Below, piece by piece: positions 1-10,058 of a stretch of 64,000 bases of DNA (the first letter of the stretch is position 1; each line of letters starts with the position of its first letter). Source of the stretch: Syntrophorhabdaceae bacterium (GTDB lineage: Bacteria > Desulfobacterota > Syntrophorhabdia > Syntrophorhabdales > Syntrophorhabdaceae); contig OY762209.1 of NCBI GenBank assembly GCA_963665295.1, positions 1,728,001 through 1,792,000 on the forward strand, in the 5' to 3' direction. The notes beneath the pieces were generated by a model that ran no database searches, had not been told where the DNA came from, and saw only the letters and a program-made list of their open reading frames with translations. The position numbers and the translations under genes are program-made.

Positions 1-350
1 CGTGTTCTCATGGTTTTTCTTGCGAAATAATGGAATAGTTGGTTTACCGCCTGCGTCAACCGCGACGATATAGGACGAGTATCGGCGTGACTTTGTGTGC
101 ACTTCCAGGGCGATTGGCATCGTAGTTATTGCACTTGTAAGCATCCATAGGGTCGGAAAAAGACCGACTGGTTGGATTATTCTAACCGCCTCCCGCAACG
201 GGTGTCAAGGAAAAAGGAGGAAAAGAGCGGCCGCCCTCCCGGAACGCACGGGTTACCGGGCGCGCGACGCGACGCGCCGGCGCCTTTGACCCCGCCGGCC
301 TATTTATGCTAATCTGTGTCGTTTCGAAAGACAATGAAGGTTTGGAGAAT

Positions 351-896
351 ATGGGAAAGAACCGACAACGGGCAAAGGCCTTCCTTCTCGCGGCCCTACT
401 GTGGGTAGCCCCATGCATGCCGGTCCATGGGGGTAACAGCATCGAGGCAGCCGGCGAAGTGCTCACCCTGCTCCTGCCTGCCACGGCAGCAGGGATGACG
501 GTGGGATTCAAGGATAAGGAGGGTGCCATTCAACTCGGAAAGTCGGGGGCCCTCACCCTTGGGGTCACGTACGGCATAAAATATGCGCTGGACGAGACGG
601 CGCCGAACGGTGACAAGTATTCCTTTCCATCGGCGCATACCTCCGTTTCTTTTACTTCCGCTGAGTTTATGCGCGCCCGTTACGGCTGGGAGTACGGCAT
701 ACCCGCCTACGTGGCGGCCACGTTCGTGGCCGTGAGCAGGGTGGAGGCGAGAGACCATTACGTCCACGACGTGATAGCAGGGGCAGCCATCGGCGTCATA
801 TCGAGCTATATCTTTACCCGGCCGTATAAGGGCTTGCACGTTCAGCCCGACGTGGGCCGCGACTACTACGGCATAAGGCTGAGCCGCGTCTGGTAG
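351..896 (+). CDS. PAP2-family phosphatase (LpxE-like)
   Basis: PAP2 motifs SFPSAH and SRVEARDHYVHDV; hydrophobic segments; ATG 351 preferred over the ORF-track start at 306. Confidence 0.85.
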   Translation: MGKNRQRAKAFLLAALLWVAPCMPVHGGNSIEAAGEVLTLLLPATAAGMTVGFKDKEGAIQLGKSGALTLGVTYGIKYALDETAPNGDKYSFPSAHTSVSFTSAEFMRARYGWEYGIPAYVAATFVAVSRVEARDHYVHDVIAGAAIGVISSYIFTRPYKGLHVQPDVGRDYYGIRLSRVW

Positions 897-1099
897 CGCC
901 GGGTCTCCTCCGTCTCTCCCTTTGACGAGTATCCGGACGGGCCCTGAGTAATGCCGGGGGCTTGCGCTTTCCTTCCCGTCTTCGTATAATAAAGCATATT
1001 GGCACGAACGTGGTGTATGCATCAAACGGGAGGTTTGTCCTTGTGTCGGGCGAAGAGCGGCATCATAAATCATGTATACAAGGTTAGGGCCCCGGTAAG

Positions 1100-4090
1100 G
1101 TGTCCAGGGTAAGGCACGACCGGATCGCCGCGACCCGGCTCATGGGGCCGCACTCCTTCACGGCCGTCGCGGTGGCACTGTTCCTCATCACCTTCGGAGC
1201 GGGCCTTTTTGTGTGGCAGTTGCACTTCAAGGGCGATCTGCAAAGCGCCCTGAATTCGGACAGGACTGCCGCGAACCTCCTCTCGGAGCTTCTCTCGGAA
1301 CACGAGAGGACCACCATCGCCCTCCTTCAATCCTACGCGAGTCGCCCTTTGTTCATCCGCGCCGTTCGGGAAAAAGACTCCCGCAGCGTCCTTCCCCACC
1401 TTACACAACTAAAGGACAGCAGCAGGAAGATAGATATATTGTTCGTGACGGACAAGGACGGGACGCTTTGGGTGAGCTATCCCGGCGACCCTTCGCCTCT
1501 CGGGAAGAATTTTTCTTACCGGGACTGGTACAAAGGGGTGAGCAAGGGCTGGAAACCGTATATTTCGAACGTCTACAGGAGGGCTATCGGCAGCCGGGAT
1601 CTGGCCGTGGCGACCTGTGTGCCCGTTTTTGACGACAGGGGCCGCCCCATAGGCATCCTCGCAACCCCCCAATCACTGCCGTTCCTCGCTTCCCTCATCA
1701 GGCAAGTGCCTTTCGACAGACATACGGACGTAACCCTCATCGACCATGAGGGATATATCATCTATCGAAGCGATTTGCCTTCCGGAGTGGAACCGGGCCT
1801 GTACTCCCATTCCTCTCTCGTCCGGGACGGCCTCAGGGATAAGGAATATTTCATTGAAACGATCCGTTCCGGCAAGGGCGAGGGGAAAAGCTATCTCACC
1901 GTTGCCCCTTTACCCGGTATGGGCTGGACCCTTGTCGTGGAAAGGACCCGCATGGACGTGCTGGCCGCAAATTGGGGATATACCCTTGCGACCGGGGGGT
2001 TTTCGCTTCTTTTCTTCGTTCTTCTCCTCTTGTCCGTACTCTATATAAGAAAAAGACTCCAGCTCGCCGAGACCGAGGAGTTGCTGGATCTGGAGAAGAA
2101 ACTTCGGGAAGACGAGGAGAAGTTCGGGGAGCTCTTCGAGCACATGAGCAGCGGCGTCGCGGTTTACGACGCGGTTGACGGCGGCAAGGATTTTATCATT
2201 CACAGTTTCAACGCCGCCTCGGAGAAGATCGAGCATGTGTCGAGAACGGAGGTTATAGGAAAACGGCTCCTCGAAGCCTTCCCGGGCGCCGGAGACTTCG
2301 GCCTTTTCGATGTCCTCAGCCGCGTGTACCGGACGGGCCGGGCGGAGGAATATCCCGCCAGGTTCTACACGGACGGGCACATCAGCGGCTGGCGTGAAAA
2401 CTACGTGTACAAATTAGCCACCGGAGAGGTGGTGGCCATATACGACGATGTGACGGAACGCAAAGTGGGTGAGAAAAGACAGGAAATCACCAACAGGATA
2501 CTGGAGGCATTGAACAGGCCCAATGAGATTGTTCTTCTCACGCACCACATCCTGCTTCTCCTGAAGGAGCACATCGGCGCCGGGGCCGTGGGTATCCGGC
2601 TGCGCGAGGGCGAGGATTACCCCTACATGGAGACCGCGGGATTATCGGAAGACTTCGTTGAAAAAGAGAACCACCTCTGTGAGCGTGACCTGGAAGGCAT
2701 GATCGTCCGCGACGCCGCAGGCAATCCGACCCTCGAGTGCATGTGCGGCAACGTGATACTGGGACGGACCGATCCCTCCTTTCCTTTCTTCACCAAAGGG
2801 GGGAGTTTCTGGACGAACAGCACCACCAGGCTTCTCGCGAGTACGACGGATGAGGACCGCCAAACGCGCACACGGAACCGTTGCAATGGCGAAGGGTACG
2901 AGTCCGTCGCCCTTATCCCGCTCAAGGCAGGCGATAAGACAGTGGGACTCATGCAATTCAACGACCGGCGGCCCGGACTCTTTTCCCTCGATACCATCGA
3001 ATTCCTTGAAGGGATTGCGGCAAGCGTGGGGGTCGCTGTCTTAAGAAAACAGGCGGCTGATCTCATTCGCAAAAGCGAGGAGAATTACCGGTCCATTTTC
3101 GAAAATGCCGTGGAGGGAATGTTCAGAACTTCCCCCCAGGGACGCATATTGAGCGCCAACCCCGCGGTTGCCCGCATACACGGGTACGACACCCCGGAGG
3201 AGATGATGGCCCTTGTTACCGACACAGGGCGGCAGCTTTATGTAAACCCCGACGATAAGGAGAGGTACAAGGCGGTCCTTCAGGAGAAAGGGGAGATAAA
3301 GGGGTTCGAGGCGCAATACCGGAGAAAAGACGGCAGCGTCTTCTGGGGCAGCATGGATGCCCGCGCGGCCAGGGATGCAACGGGCAAGGTCCTCTACTAC
3401 GAGGGTGCCATAGAAGATATCACATCCCGCAAACTTGCGGAGGAAGAACTTACCCGGACCCTGGAAAAACTGCAAAAGAGCCTTGTCGGCACCATTCAGG
3501 CCATATCGTTGATGGTGGAGACGAGAGACCCCTATACAGCGGGCCACCAGAGGAGGGTATCCGACCTTGCCCGGGCCATCGCCGAGGAGATGGGCCTGCC
3601 CGAAAGCACCGTTGACACCATCCGCATGGCGAGCCTCATCCATGACATAGGAAAGATGTCGGTGCCCGCCGAGATACTGAGTAAGCCCACCAGGCTTACC
3701 GAAATGGAGTACGGCCTCATCAAGGTGCATCCCGCCTCCGGGTTTGACATCCTGAAAGGGGCGGAGCTGCCCTATCCCGTCGCGGAAATAGTGCTTCAAC
3801 ACCATGAGCGGCTGGACGGGTCAGGTTACCCCGATGGCATAAAAGGCGGACAGATCCTGCTCGAAGCCGAGATCGTTGCCGTGGCCGACGTGGTGGAAGC
3901 AATCGCCTCCCACCGTCCATACAGGCCCGCCCACGGGATCGACGCCGCCCTCGATGAGATCAAGAGGCACGAGGGCGTTCTCTACAACGTCGAGGCGGTC
4001 GAGGCGTGCTTGAGGCTGTTCAGGGAAAAGGGGTTTACCCTCGACCAGACCCGGGGTTCCATGTCAAATCTCCCGGCGAAGGAGAAATGA
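1100..4090 (+). CDS. Membrane HD-GYP c-di-GMP phosphodiesterase with Cache, PAS, GAF and PAS sensor domains
   Basis: TM-Cache (NFSYRDWY)-TM, PAS, GAF, PAS, then RDPYTAGHQRRV, HDIGK and HHERLDGSGYP; start uncertain (GTG 1100 or ATG 1142). Confidence 0.9.
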   Translation: MSRVRHDRIAATRLMGPHSFTAVAVALFLITFGAGLFVWQLHFKGDLQSALNSDRTAANLLSELLSEHERTTIALLQSYASRPLFIRAVREKDSRSVLPHLTQLKDSSRKIDILFVTDKDGTLWVSYPGDPSPLGKNFSYRDWYKGVSKGWKPYISNVYRRAIGSRDLAVATCVPVFDDRGRPIGILATPQSLPFLASLIRQVPFDRHTDVTLIDHEGYIIYRSDLPSGVEPGLYSHSSLVRDGLRDKEYFIETIRSGKGEGKSYLTVAPLPGMGWTLVVERTRMDVLAANWGYTLATGGFSLLFFVLLLLSVLYIRKRLQLAETEELLDLEKKLREDEEKFGELFEHMSSGVAVYDAVDGGKDFIIHSFNAASEKIEHVSRTEVIGKRLLEAFPGAGDFGLFDVLSRVYRTGRAEEYPARFYTDGHISGWRENYVYKLATGEVVAIYDDVTERKVGEKRQEITNRILEALNRPNEIVLLTHHILLLLKEHIGAGAVGIRLREGEDYPYMETAGLSEDFVEKENHLCERDLEGMIVRDAAGNPTLECMCGNVILGRTDPSFPFFTKGGSFWTNSTTRLLASTTDEDRQTRTRNRCNGEGYESVALIPLKAGDKTVGLMQFNDRRPGLFSLDTIEFLEGIAASVGVAVLRKQAADLIRKSEENYRSIFENAVEGMFRTSPQGRILSANPAVARIHGYDTPEEMMALVTDTGRQLYVNPDDKERYKAVLQEKGEIKGFEAQYRRKDGSVFWGSMDARAARDATGKVLYYEGAIEDITSRKLAEEELTRTLEKLQKSLVGTIQAISLMVETRDPYTAGHQRRVSDLARAIAEEMGLPESTVDTIRMASLIHDIGKMSVPAEILSKPTRLTEMEYGLIKVHPASGFDILKGAELPYPVAEIVLQHHERLDGSGYPDGIKGGQILLEAEIVAVADVVEAIASHRPYRPAHGIDAALDEIKRHEGVLYNVEAVEACLRLFREKGFTLDQTRGSMSNLPAKEK

Positions 4091-4219
4091 GGCGGTTATC
4101 GGCGTTCGCAGACGTGGCGGCACAGGCTTCCTTCGATGGGCGGCCCCGGCCGGGCAAAGGAACGTATCAGGGTTATGCGCGTTGCACCCGGCGCGCCTCA
4201 GGGCGCGTATTTGCCTGCT

Positions 4220-5038
4220 TTACTTGTGGTATGGTGTAAGCATCTCGTCGGGCCTGTCGGGATTGACGTATCCGCCCCTTGCCGCGTTATAGTCTCCGAG
4301 AGGCGTATTGCGCTGCTTCCCTGTTTTCGGGTCGATAGTAGGTTCCGTGCCCATCATCCCCTCACGCCATCCCTCACTCGCGTGCTCCCTTACCCGGTCA
4401 CGGTTCTTCCCTGCCTGGATTATCGCGGAGTTGTCGAGGGGGTTGTTCCTGGGGCGTATGACCGTGTTGTTCCCATTCGCCTCAGCCGCGTTGGTAAGGA
4501 TAATGCTCTCCGCTATCCGGGGCAGGAAGGACCGGGCCCCCTCGAAGTCGACCTTTGCCGCCCGGTAGCCCGTGATCATGGCGTCGTTCATCCCGTAGTA
4601 ATTCGCCGTTCCCACCTTGTAGACGCCTGTCACGGGGAGGCCCTTGTCCGTGTAGGAGACCTTCGCTTCTATAAACCGCCATACCTGGTAGGACATGCGT
4701 TGGGCGGGCATATTCTTTACAGAGATGACCCTTGCCTTCGTATAGGCCGGAACATGGCTGAAGACCCACCTCAGGAACTCCTCGGGCGTCCTGGTCCCCC
4801 GGGAGCGGAGCAGCGTGGCAAGAGAGGCGCTCAGCCTGCCGTCGGGCGAGGTGAGTGTCACCCCCGAGTTGGTTTCGCTTACCCGCCAATCCGGCGGAGC
4901 GGCCCACTTGAAGTATCTCCCCTGGCGAGGCTGGTGGGAGGCCCCGGATGAGGCCGCCTGTCCGGGATACCCGCCTATGACCACGGCAAGAAGAACCACT
5001 GCCGATAACAGGAAGAACGCAATAGAACGGCCCCTCAT
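4220..5038 (-). CDS. Secreted hypothetical protein, third gene of the motB-motA operon
   Basis: N-terminal hydrophobic signal; AAGGAGG RBS abuts the motA stop. Confidence 0.7.
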   Translation of the reverse strand: MRGRSIAFFLLSAVVLLAVVIGGYPGQAASSGASHQPRQGRYFKWAAPPDWRVSETNSGVTLTSPDGRLSASLATLLRSRGTRTPEEFLRWVFSHVPAYTKARVISVKNMPAQRMSYQVWRFIEAKVSYTDKGLPVTGVYKVGTANYYGMNDAMITGYRAAKVDFEGARSFLPRIAESIILTNAAEANGNNTVIRPRNNPLDNSAIIQAGKNRDRVREHASEGWREGMMGTEPTIDPKTGKQRNTPLGDYNAARGGYVNPDRPDEMLTPYHK

Positions 5039-5048
5039 GTAGCCTCCT

Positions 5049-5876
5049 TTACTTGCCGGCAGCCTTTTTCATCGCCACGTACCGCCTCTGGATCTGCCGG
5101 ATGCTCTGTCCCGCGTCTTCCCTTAGAGAGGGGGTGAGGAATATGGAGAGTTTCTTTTCCAATTTGTACACATTCTTTTCCCGCGCTATCTCCATCACTC
5201 CTTCGCTGATTATACTCTGGAGATAGAGTTCCCGCTGGGTCTTGGAATAAATGGCTTCCGCAATGGGTATGAGGATGAAATAACTGAGTATTATGGCATA
5301 AAGGGTTGAGGTGAGCGCGAGGGGGATGGTCTTCAGGATAATCCCCGTATCACCCATGCCCACGAGCATCCCGATGAGGCCGATGATGCTCCCCGCTACC
5401 CCGAAGGGGGGCGCCACCGCCGCCATGGTCCTGAAAACCCTTTCGGACTGCTGCCGCCTCAGTTTGAAGAAGTACATCTCCGTATGGAGTATGTCTTTTA
5501 TCTCCTCGTCCGAGTACCCGTCCACCAGCATGGCGAGGGCATCCTTGAGAAAGGAGACGGTAATCTGTTTTTCATATTTTTCGAGAGAGAGTATGCCGTC
5601 GTATTTTGACCGGACGGCGAGGTCGAGGAGTATGTTCACCACCTCGTCCGAGGAAGAGATGATGTCTTTCGAGTACACGTTCTTGGCAACCTTGAAGGCG
5701 CTGCTGAGCCTGCTGAAGGGGTGGCTCAGGAAGACGGCCCCCAGGGTCCCCGACACTACCACGAGGAGGCTCACCATGTTGAGGTAGAAGACGACCGTGC
5801 CGCCTTCGCCCCAGAAGAAGCAGCCCACGAATATGAGGAGGCAGATGAGCGCCCCGAGGTAATTATGCTTGATCAT
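5049..5876 (-). CDS. motA: MotA/TolQ/ExbB proton-channel protein (MotA/PomA-like)
   Basis: SLLVVVSGT, GILSLE, LVDG, APPFGVAGSIIGLIGML and ALTSTLY motifs. Confidence 0.85.
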   Translation of the reverse strand: MIKHNYLGALICLLIFVGCFFWGEGGTVVFYLNMVSLLVVVSGTLGAVFLSHPFSRLSSAFKVAKNVYSKDIISSSDEVVNILLDLAVRSKYDGILSLEKYEKQITVSFLKDALAMLVDGYSDEEIKDILHTEMYFFKLRRQQSERVFRTMAAVAPPFGVAGSIIGLIGMLVGMGDTGIILKTIPLALTSTLYAIILSYFILIPIAEAIYSKTQRELYLQSIISEGVMEIAREKNVYKLEKKLSIFLTPSLREDAGQSIRQIQRRYVAMKKAAGK

Positions 5877-5891
5877 GACGCGGGGCCCCGC

Positions 5892-6641
5892 TCATTGCGC
5901 GATTTTATCCTTTGTAATGACAATCTCCACTCTCCTGTTTTTCGCCTTGTTTCTTGTCGTGGAATTGGGGACGACCGGCTTGTACATGGCGTAGCCCGTG
6001 ACGCTGAAACGCTCCGGTTCAAGCCCCCCGTCCTCCATGAGGAACCGGGCCACATTGATGGCCCTTATTGCCGACAACTCCCAGTTGGTGGGAAAGGCCG
6101 TGTTGTGGACGGGGAAGGAATCCGTATGGCCTTCGACCGCTATCTTGTACTTCGTGTCCCGCACCTTGTCGGCCAGTCTCACGAGGAAACGTTTGGATTC
6201 GGGCTTGAGGTCGGCCCGTCCGAGATCGAATATCATGTGCTCGCTCACGCTCACCTTGATGCTCCTGTTCTGGTCGAGGGCCACCGTCACATCGTCCACG
6301 TTCGCCACGGTGACCGTGCTCCGGAGGGCCTCGTAAAGATCCTCCATGGGGATGTTGCCGGGCGCGTTCACCTCGTGAGACTTGCCCGTGAGAGGGTCCG
6401 GCGGCACGTTGGGGACCTTGGGCAGGGCGTTGATGGGTGATCTGGAGACCATGTTCTTCGAAGGCCTTGCGAGGGCGTCGCCCAGCTCCCGGTGGGACAG
6501 CACATAGGAGTAGAGGACGGCAAAGAGGACAAAGGCCACCATCATCAGGTCGGACCAAGGGACCGCCCAATGGCTTGACGGCATGGAATCTTCGTCAAGG
6601 TCGAAGATCTTCCTCTCGTAAGTCTCCCTTTTCTCTCTCAT
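5892..6641 (-). CDS. motB: MotB-like stator protein with OmpA-like peptidoglycan-binding domain
   Basis: WAVPWSDLMM TM segment with the conserved Asp; VEGHTD, NWELSAIRA, NRRVEI; likely start ATG 6641 (the track ORF to 7700 is an antisense extension). Confidence 0.85.
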   Translation of the reverse strand: MREKRETYERKIFDLDEDSMPSSHWAVPWSDLMMVAFVLFAVLYSYVLSHRELGDALARPSKNMVSRSPINALPKVPNVPPDPLTGKSHEVNAPGNIPMEDLYEALRSTVTVANVDDVTVALDQNRSIKVSVSEHMIFDLGRADLKPESKRFLVRLADKVRDTKYKIAVEGHTDSFPVHNTAFPTNWELSAIRAINVARFLMEDGGLEPERFSVTGYAMYKPVVPNSTTRNKAKNRRVEIVITKDKIAQ

Positions 6642-6815
6642 CTTTCCCGTTTTTTTACCACGCACATAGTAAATCAACGGGCACAAGAAATCAAGGCGTT
6701 CCGCGGGTTCCGGGTGATGGAAGGAGGCGGGAGGACCCGAAATTGAGCCGCCCTGTTGACGGGGCCGAAACGACGGGCGTATATTCAAACCATACCAAAG
6801 ACAAAGGAGGCGGCC

Positions 6816-8351
6816 ATGGCGGATGACAAGAATGACGGTCGGGAGAAAAAGAAACACCTGGTGACGCGGAGGCAGTTCATTACCCGGGCAGGAGTGCTTA
6901 CTGCGGGGGCAATGGCGGTGAATCAGGCTTTTCCGGGAGAGTTGAAAGCGGTGCCTCCGCCCCGGAAGTGGGACAAACAGACGGACGTCGTCATAGTGGG
7001 TACCGGATATGCGGGTCTGTCGGCGGCCATAGAGGCTCACGACGGGGGCGCCAAGGTTGTAGTCATCGACAAGGCCAAGATAATGGGAGGCAACTCGGCC
7101 ATTGCAAGCGGGGCGTATAATGCGGTGGACCCCGAAAGGCAGAAGAAGCAGGGTATCGAAGATTCCATCGAACTGCACTACAAGCAGACACTCGAGGGAG
7201 GAGATTACAAAGCTGATCCCGAAAAGGTCAAATACCTGGTCGATCACGCGTTGGAAGGCCTCCAATGGCTGGAGAGACAGGGCGTCGAGTTTGAACCGAC
7301 GGTGTATACGGTGGTGGGCGCATTGTGGCCCCGGAGCCATGACCCGGTGAAGAAGGGAAGGGGCGGCGCCATTATCAGGACCCTCAAGGAGCAGTGCGAC
7401 AAGCGGTCGATCCCCGTGCTCATGCAACATACCATGACGGGGATTGTGAGGGAAAAGCCCCTCACCGGTGCGGTGCTGGGCGTGCAGGTAGAGACAGGCG
7501 GCAAGAAGATGTTCCTCAAGGCGAAGAAAGCCGTGGTCCTCGGTTCGGGCGGGTTCGGGGCGGATGTGCCCATGCGGAGCAAGTACGACCCTCGCCTGGG
7601 ACCCGACATTCCCACCACGAATGTGCCGACAGCGACGGGAGAAGCCATCACCTTCGCGGAAGACACGGGCGCCGACGTAATTGGAATGGATTATATCCAA
7701 CTCCTCATCGCATGTAATTACTACACCAGGAAATACGGTTCACTCACGAACCTGGGGATCGACTCCGCTATCTACGTCAACACGAAGGGCGTGAGATTCG
7801 TAGCCGAGGACGCGCGGCGCGACGTGATGGCCGCCGGCGTGTTGAAGCAGCCCAAGAGCGTGCTTCTCTGGGTGGCGGACGAGAAGTGCACCAAGAGATT
7901 CGACCCGGCCACCACGGAAAGGATATTGAAGGACGGCCTGTCCTTCCGGGCGAACACCCTGGAGGAACTGGCTAAGATACTCAACGAGAAGTTTCAGGTA
8001 CCCGTGGATACCTTTCTCGCGACCGTGGCAAAATACAATGACTATGCGAAGGCGGGGAAGGACCCGGACTTCGGGAAACAGGCGCGGAACCTGAAACCTA
8101 TCGTGGAGCCGCCTTTCTACGCGAGCCCCACCCAGGCGGGGGTGCACCATACTATGGGAGGGCTCAGGACAAAAGGGACCACAGGGCAGGTGATCGACAG
8201 GTACGATAGGCCTATCCCCCGGCTTTATGCGGCAGGCGAGGTAACAGGCGGGGTACATGGAACGAACCGGCTCGGCGGCAATGCCACGGCCGATTGCATA
8301 GTCTTCGGGAGAGAGGTGGGCAGGAAGGCGGCGGCGGAAAAGAGCCTGTAA
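6816..8351 (+). CDS. Tat-exported flavocytochrome c / fumarate-reductase-family flavoprotein without heme domain
   Basis: TRRQFI twin-arginine signal; DVVIVGTGYAGLSAA FAD-binding motif; HHTMGG; GGVHGTNRLGGN; RBS AAGGAGG. Confidence 0.9.
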   Translation: MADDKNDGREKKKHLVTRRQFITRAGVLTAGAMAVNQAFPGELKAVPPPRKWDKQTDVVIVGTGYAGLSAAIEAHDGGAKVVVIDKAKIMGGNSAIASGAYNAVDPERQKKQGIEDSIELHYKQTLEGGDYKADPEKVKYLVDHALEGLQWLERQGVEFEPTVYTVVGALWPRSHDPVKKGRGGAIIRTLKEQCDKRSIPVLMQHTMTGIVREKPLTGAVLGVQVETGGKKMFLKAKKAVVLGSGGFGADVPMRSKYDPRLGPDIPTTNVPTATGEAITFAEDTGADVIGMDYIQLLIACNYYTRKYGSLTNLGIDSAIYVNTKGVRFVAEDARRDVMAAGVLKQPKSVLLWVADEKCTKRFDPATTERILKDGLSFRANTLEELAKILNEKFQVPVDTFLATVAKYNDYAKAGKDPDFGKQARNLKPIVEPPFYASPTQAGVHHTMGGLRTKGTTGQVIDRYDRPIPRLYAAGEVTGGVHGTNRLGGNATADCIVFGREVGRKAAAEKSL

Positions 8352-8503
8352 AGGAATGGTTTCCCCGCACCATCGGTCAGGCGGGTTTGAGGGCTATTGA
8401 CACTCCGGGGGCCATTGCCTTAGAATTGTGCTTATCCACGCGCCGTTCCTGAAACGATGAAACGGGCGCAACGGAGACGTTCCGGTTCTTCAGGAGGATC
8501 CAG

Positions 8504-9094
8504 ATGCTCAATGGAAAACTACCCGCCTTGCTTCTTGCAACCGCCCTTTTCGGGTTCGGTTGCGCTCCCTCAGTCCTGAGGCAGGATGTGCCCGTGAGCA
8601 CCAACCCCATGGGGGCGAAGATCTACGCGAACGGGCAACTGGTGGGGCAGACGCCTTCCACGGTTTCCCTTGAACGCAACCGCGACCACATTCTCACACT
8701 GGTGAGGGAAGATTACCGGCAGGCCGACGTGATAATCAAGAGAGAGTACCAATCAGACAAGGTGCTCCTGAAGGCCATCGGGGCCGGGGTTAACGCGGGG
8801 ACCTTCTTCAAGGACGCGGGGATGGGACTTAACAGCGGTTTCAGTTCCATCTCCCGGCAGGAAGAATCAGGGGAGGCCTACCTCCTTGTACCGCGCGCGG
8901 TAAAGGTGAATCTTGTGCCTGTCTCCGCCCCGTCAACGGACGTTCCGGGAGACCGGGACGCCCTCACGGAACAGCCCGGTCTTATCCCGAGGAGCGGTTC
9001 TCCGGGCGCCCGGCAGGACCTTCAGGATGCCCTCGAAGCGGCTGCTGCCGCAGTAGCCGGAGCCACCGAGGCGAGACCGGTTGAAAAGAAATGA
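8504..9094 (+). CDS. PEGA-domain lipoprotein
   Basis: Lipobox-like FGFGC; VSTNPMGAKIYANGQLVGQTP. Confidence 0.8.
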   Translation: MLNGKLPALLLATALFGFGCAPSVLRQDVPVSTNPMGAKIYANGQLVGQTPSTVSLERNRDHILTLVREDYRQADVIIKREYQSDKVLLKAIGAGVNAGTFFKDAGMGLNSGFSSISRQEESGEAYLLVPRAVKVNLVPVSAPSTDVPGDRDALTEQPGLIPRSGSPGARQDLQDALEAAAAAVAGATEARPVEKK

Positions 9095-9160
9095 GGACTA
9101 TTGTCCCCCCATGGGCCGTATCCCTGGGGACACAGGCAGGAATATAAGGAGGTAGGTGCC

Positions 9161-9451
9161 ATGTTTATCGTTCTGATCGATTTCCCGCCTGTAAAGCCGG
9201 GAAAAGAGGGTGAGTTCAAGGAATGGTTTGTCTGGTCGAACCGGGAGTTCGCTACGTTCAAGGGTTTTATCGGGCGTCGCCTGCTGAAGCCGCGGGATGG
9301 GGAGAACTACGCGTCCCTTGTGGAGTTCGAAAGCGGGGAGGACTTCGCCGCCTTGCAAACGAGTCCCCTCCACAAAGAAGCGGCCGCCAGGGTTGCGCCC
9401 TTGCTCGACGGCGGCCCGACCCCTCATTTCTACGATGTGCTCACGGAATGA
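9161..9451 (+). CDS. Antibiotic biosynthesis monooxygenase (ABM) family protein
   Basis: VKPGKEGEF...GFIGRRLL...SPLH pattern; AAGGAGGT RBS before ATG 9161. Confidence 0.8.
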   Translation: MFIVLIDFPPVKPGKEGEFKEWFVWSNREFATFKGFIGRRLLKPRDGENYASLVEFESGEDFAALQTSPLHKEAAARVAPLLDGGPTPHFYDVLTE

Positions 9452-9677
9452 GAAACAGGGTACGTCGCGCCTGCGTCAGGCGGCCTTTCTCTTTTTTCCA
9501 AACGTTCTCACAAGACCCTATTAATCAATTCCACGTAACGGACGATAACGTTGAGAGAGGGACAGATATGTCCATGTAATTCGTGAGGAAGGCACCGGGG
9601 CCGTCTGTCACAGGAAGCCCGGCCGGCGGCGTCTTTCTCCGGCGGCGATTATACTGTAGTCTCTTTCAGGAGGGGAT

Positions 9678-9938
9678 ATGTTGAGGATGTTGAAGTCAAG
9701 CAGGGTCATCGTGTTGGTAGCCATGATGTCGTTCGTGTGTGCTTTTGTGATCCCCACATTAAGTTTTGCCGAAGATACGGCGGGGAAAGGGGAAAGCACG
9801 GCAGACCGAGGCTCCGGATCGACAGGTGCGGCGGCGGACGCCGGTGCGGCCGCGAATGTGACAAGTGACACATGGACCTGGGTCGCCTTGATCGTGGCGG
9901 CCATTCTGGCAGGTCTGGCAGCGGCGACCGGGGGCTGA
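9678..9938 (+). CDS. Small exported/membrane hypothetical protein
   Basis: RBS GGAGGGG; signal peptide ending LSFA; C-terminal TM segment. Confidence 0.6.
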   Translation: MLRMLKSSRVIVLVAMMSFVCAFVIPTLSFAEDTAGKGESTADRGSGSTGAAADAGAAANVTSDTWTWVALIVAAILAGLAAATGG

Positions 9939-10058
9939 AAGGGCGACGGAGAAATTGCGCCACGCTATGAACTGCCTTTATACCCGGAGGCTTTCCGCGA
10001 ACTGAAGCCCGCATTGTCGCGATGGACACAAACCGGCGCGGACATTTTCCGTATCTCC

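Noticed and set aside
1..148. Possible 5' end of a minus-strand gene, with a TTGACA...TAGAAT-like promoter at 208-179
   Set aside because: Too little sequence to fix the frame or product
5049..6641. Zorya (ZorAB) defence system
   Set aside because: MotA lacks the long ZorA cytoplasmic tail and no zorC/D/E genes are adjacent
6642..7700. 602-aa track ORF suggesting a long N-terminal extension of MotB
   Set aside because: The extension is the antisense shadow of the flavoprotein gene
9092..9160. TGA of the PEGA lipoprotein is in frame with the downstream ABM ORF (possible Sec readthrough)
   Set aside because: Not at a redox motif; the ABM gene has its own AAGGAGGT RBS and ATG 9161; a lipoprotein-ABM fusion is implausible
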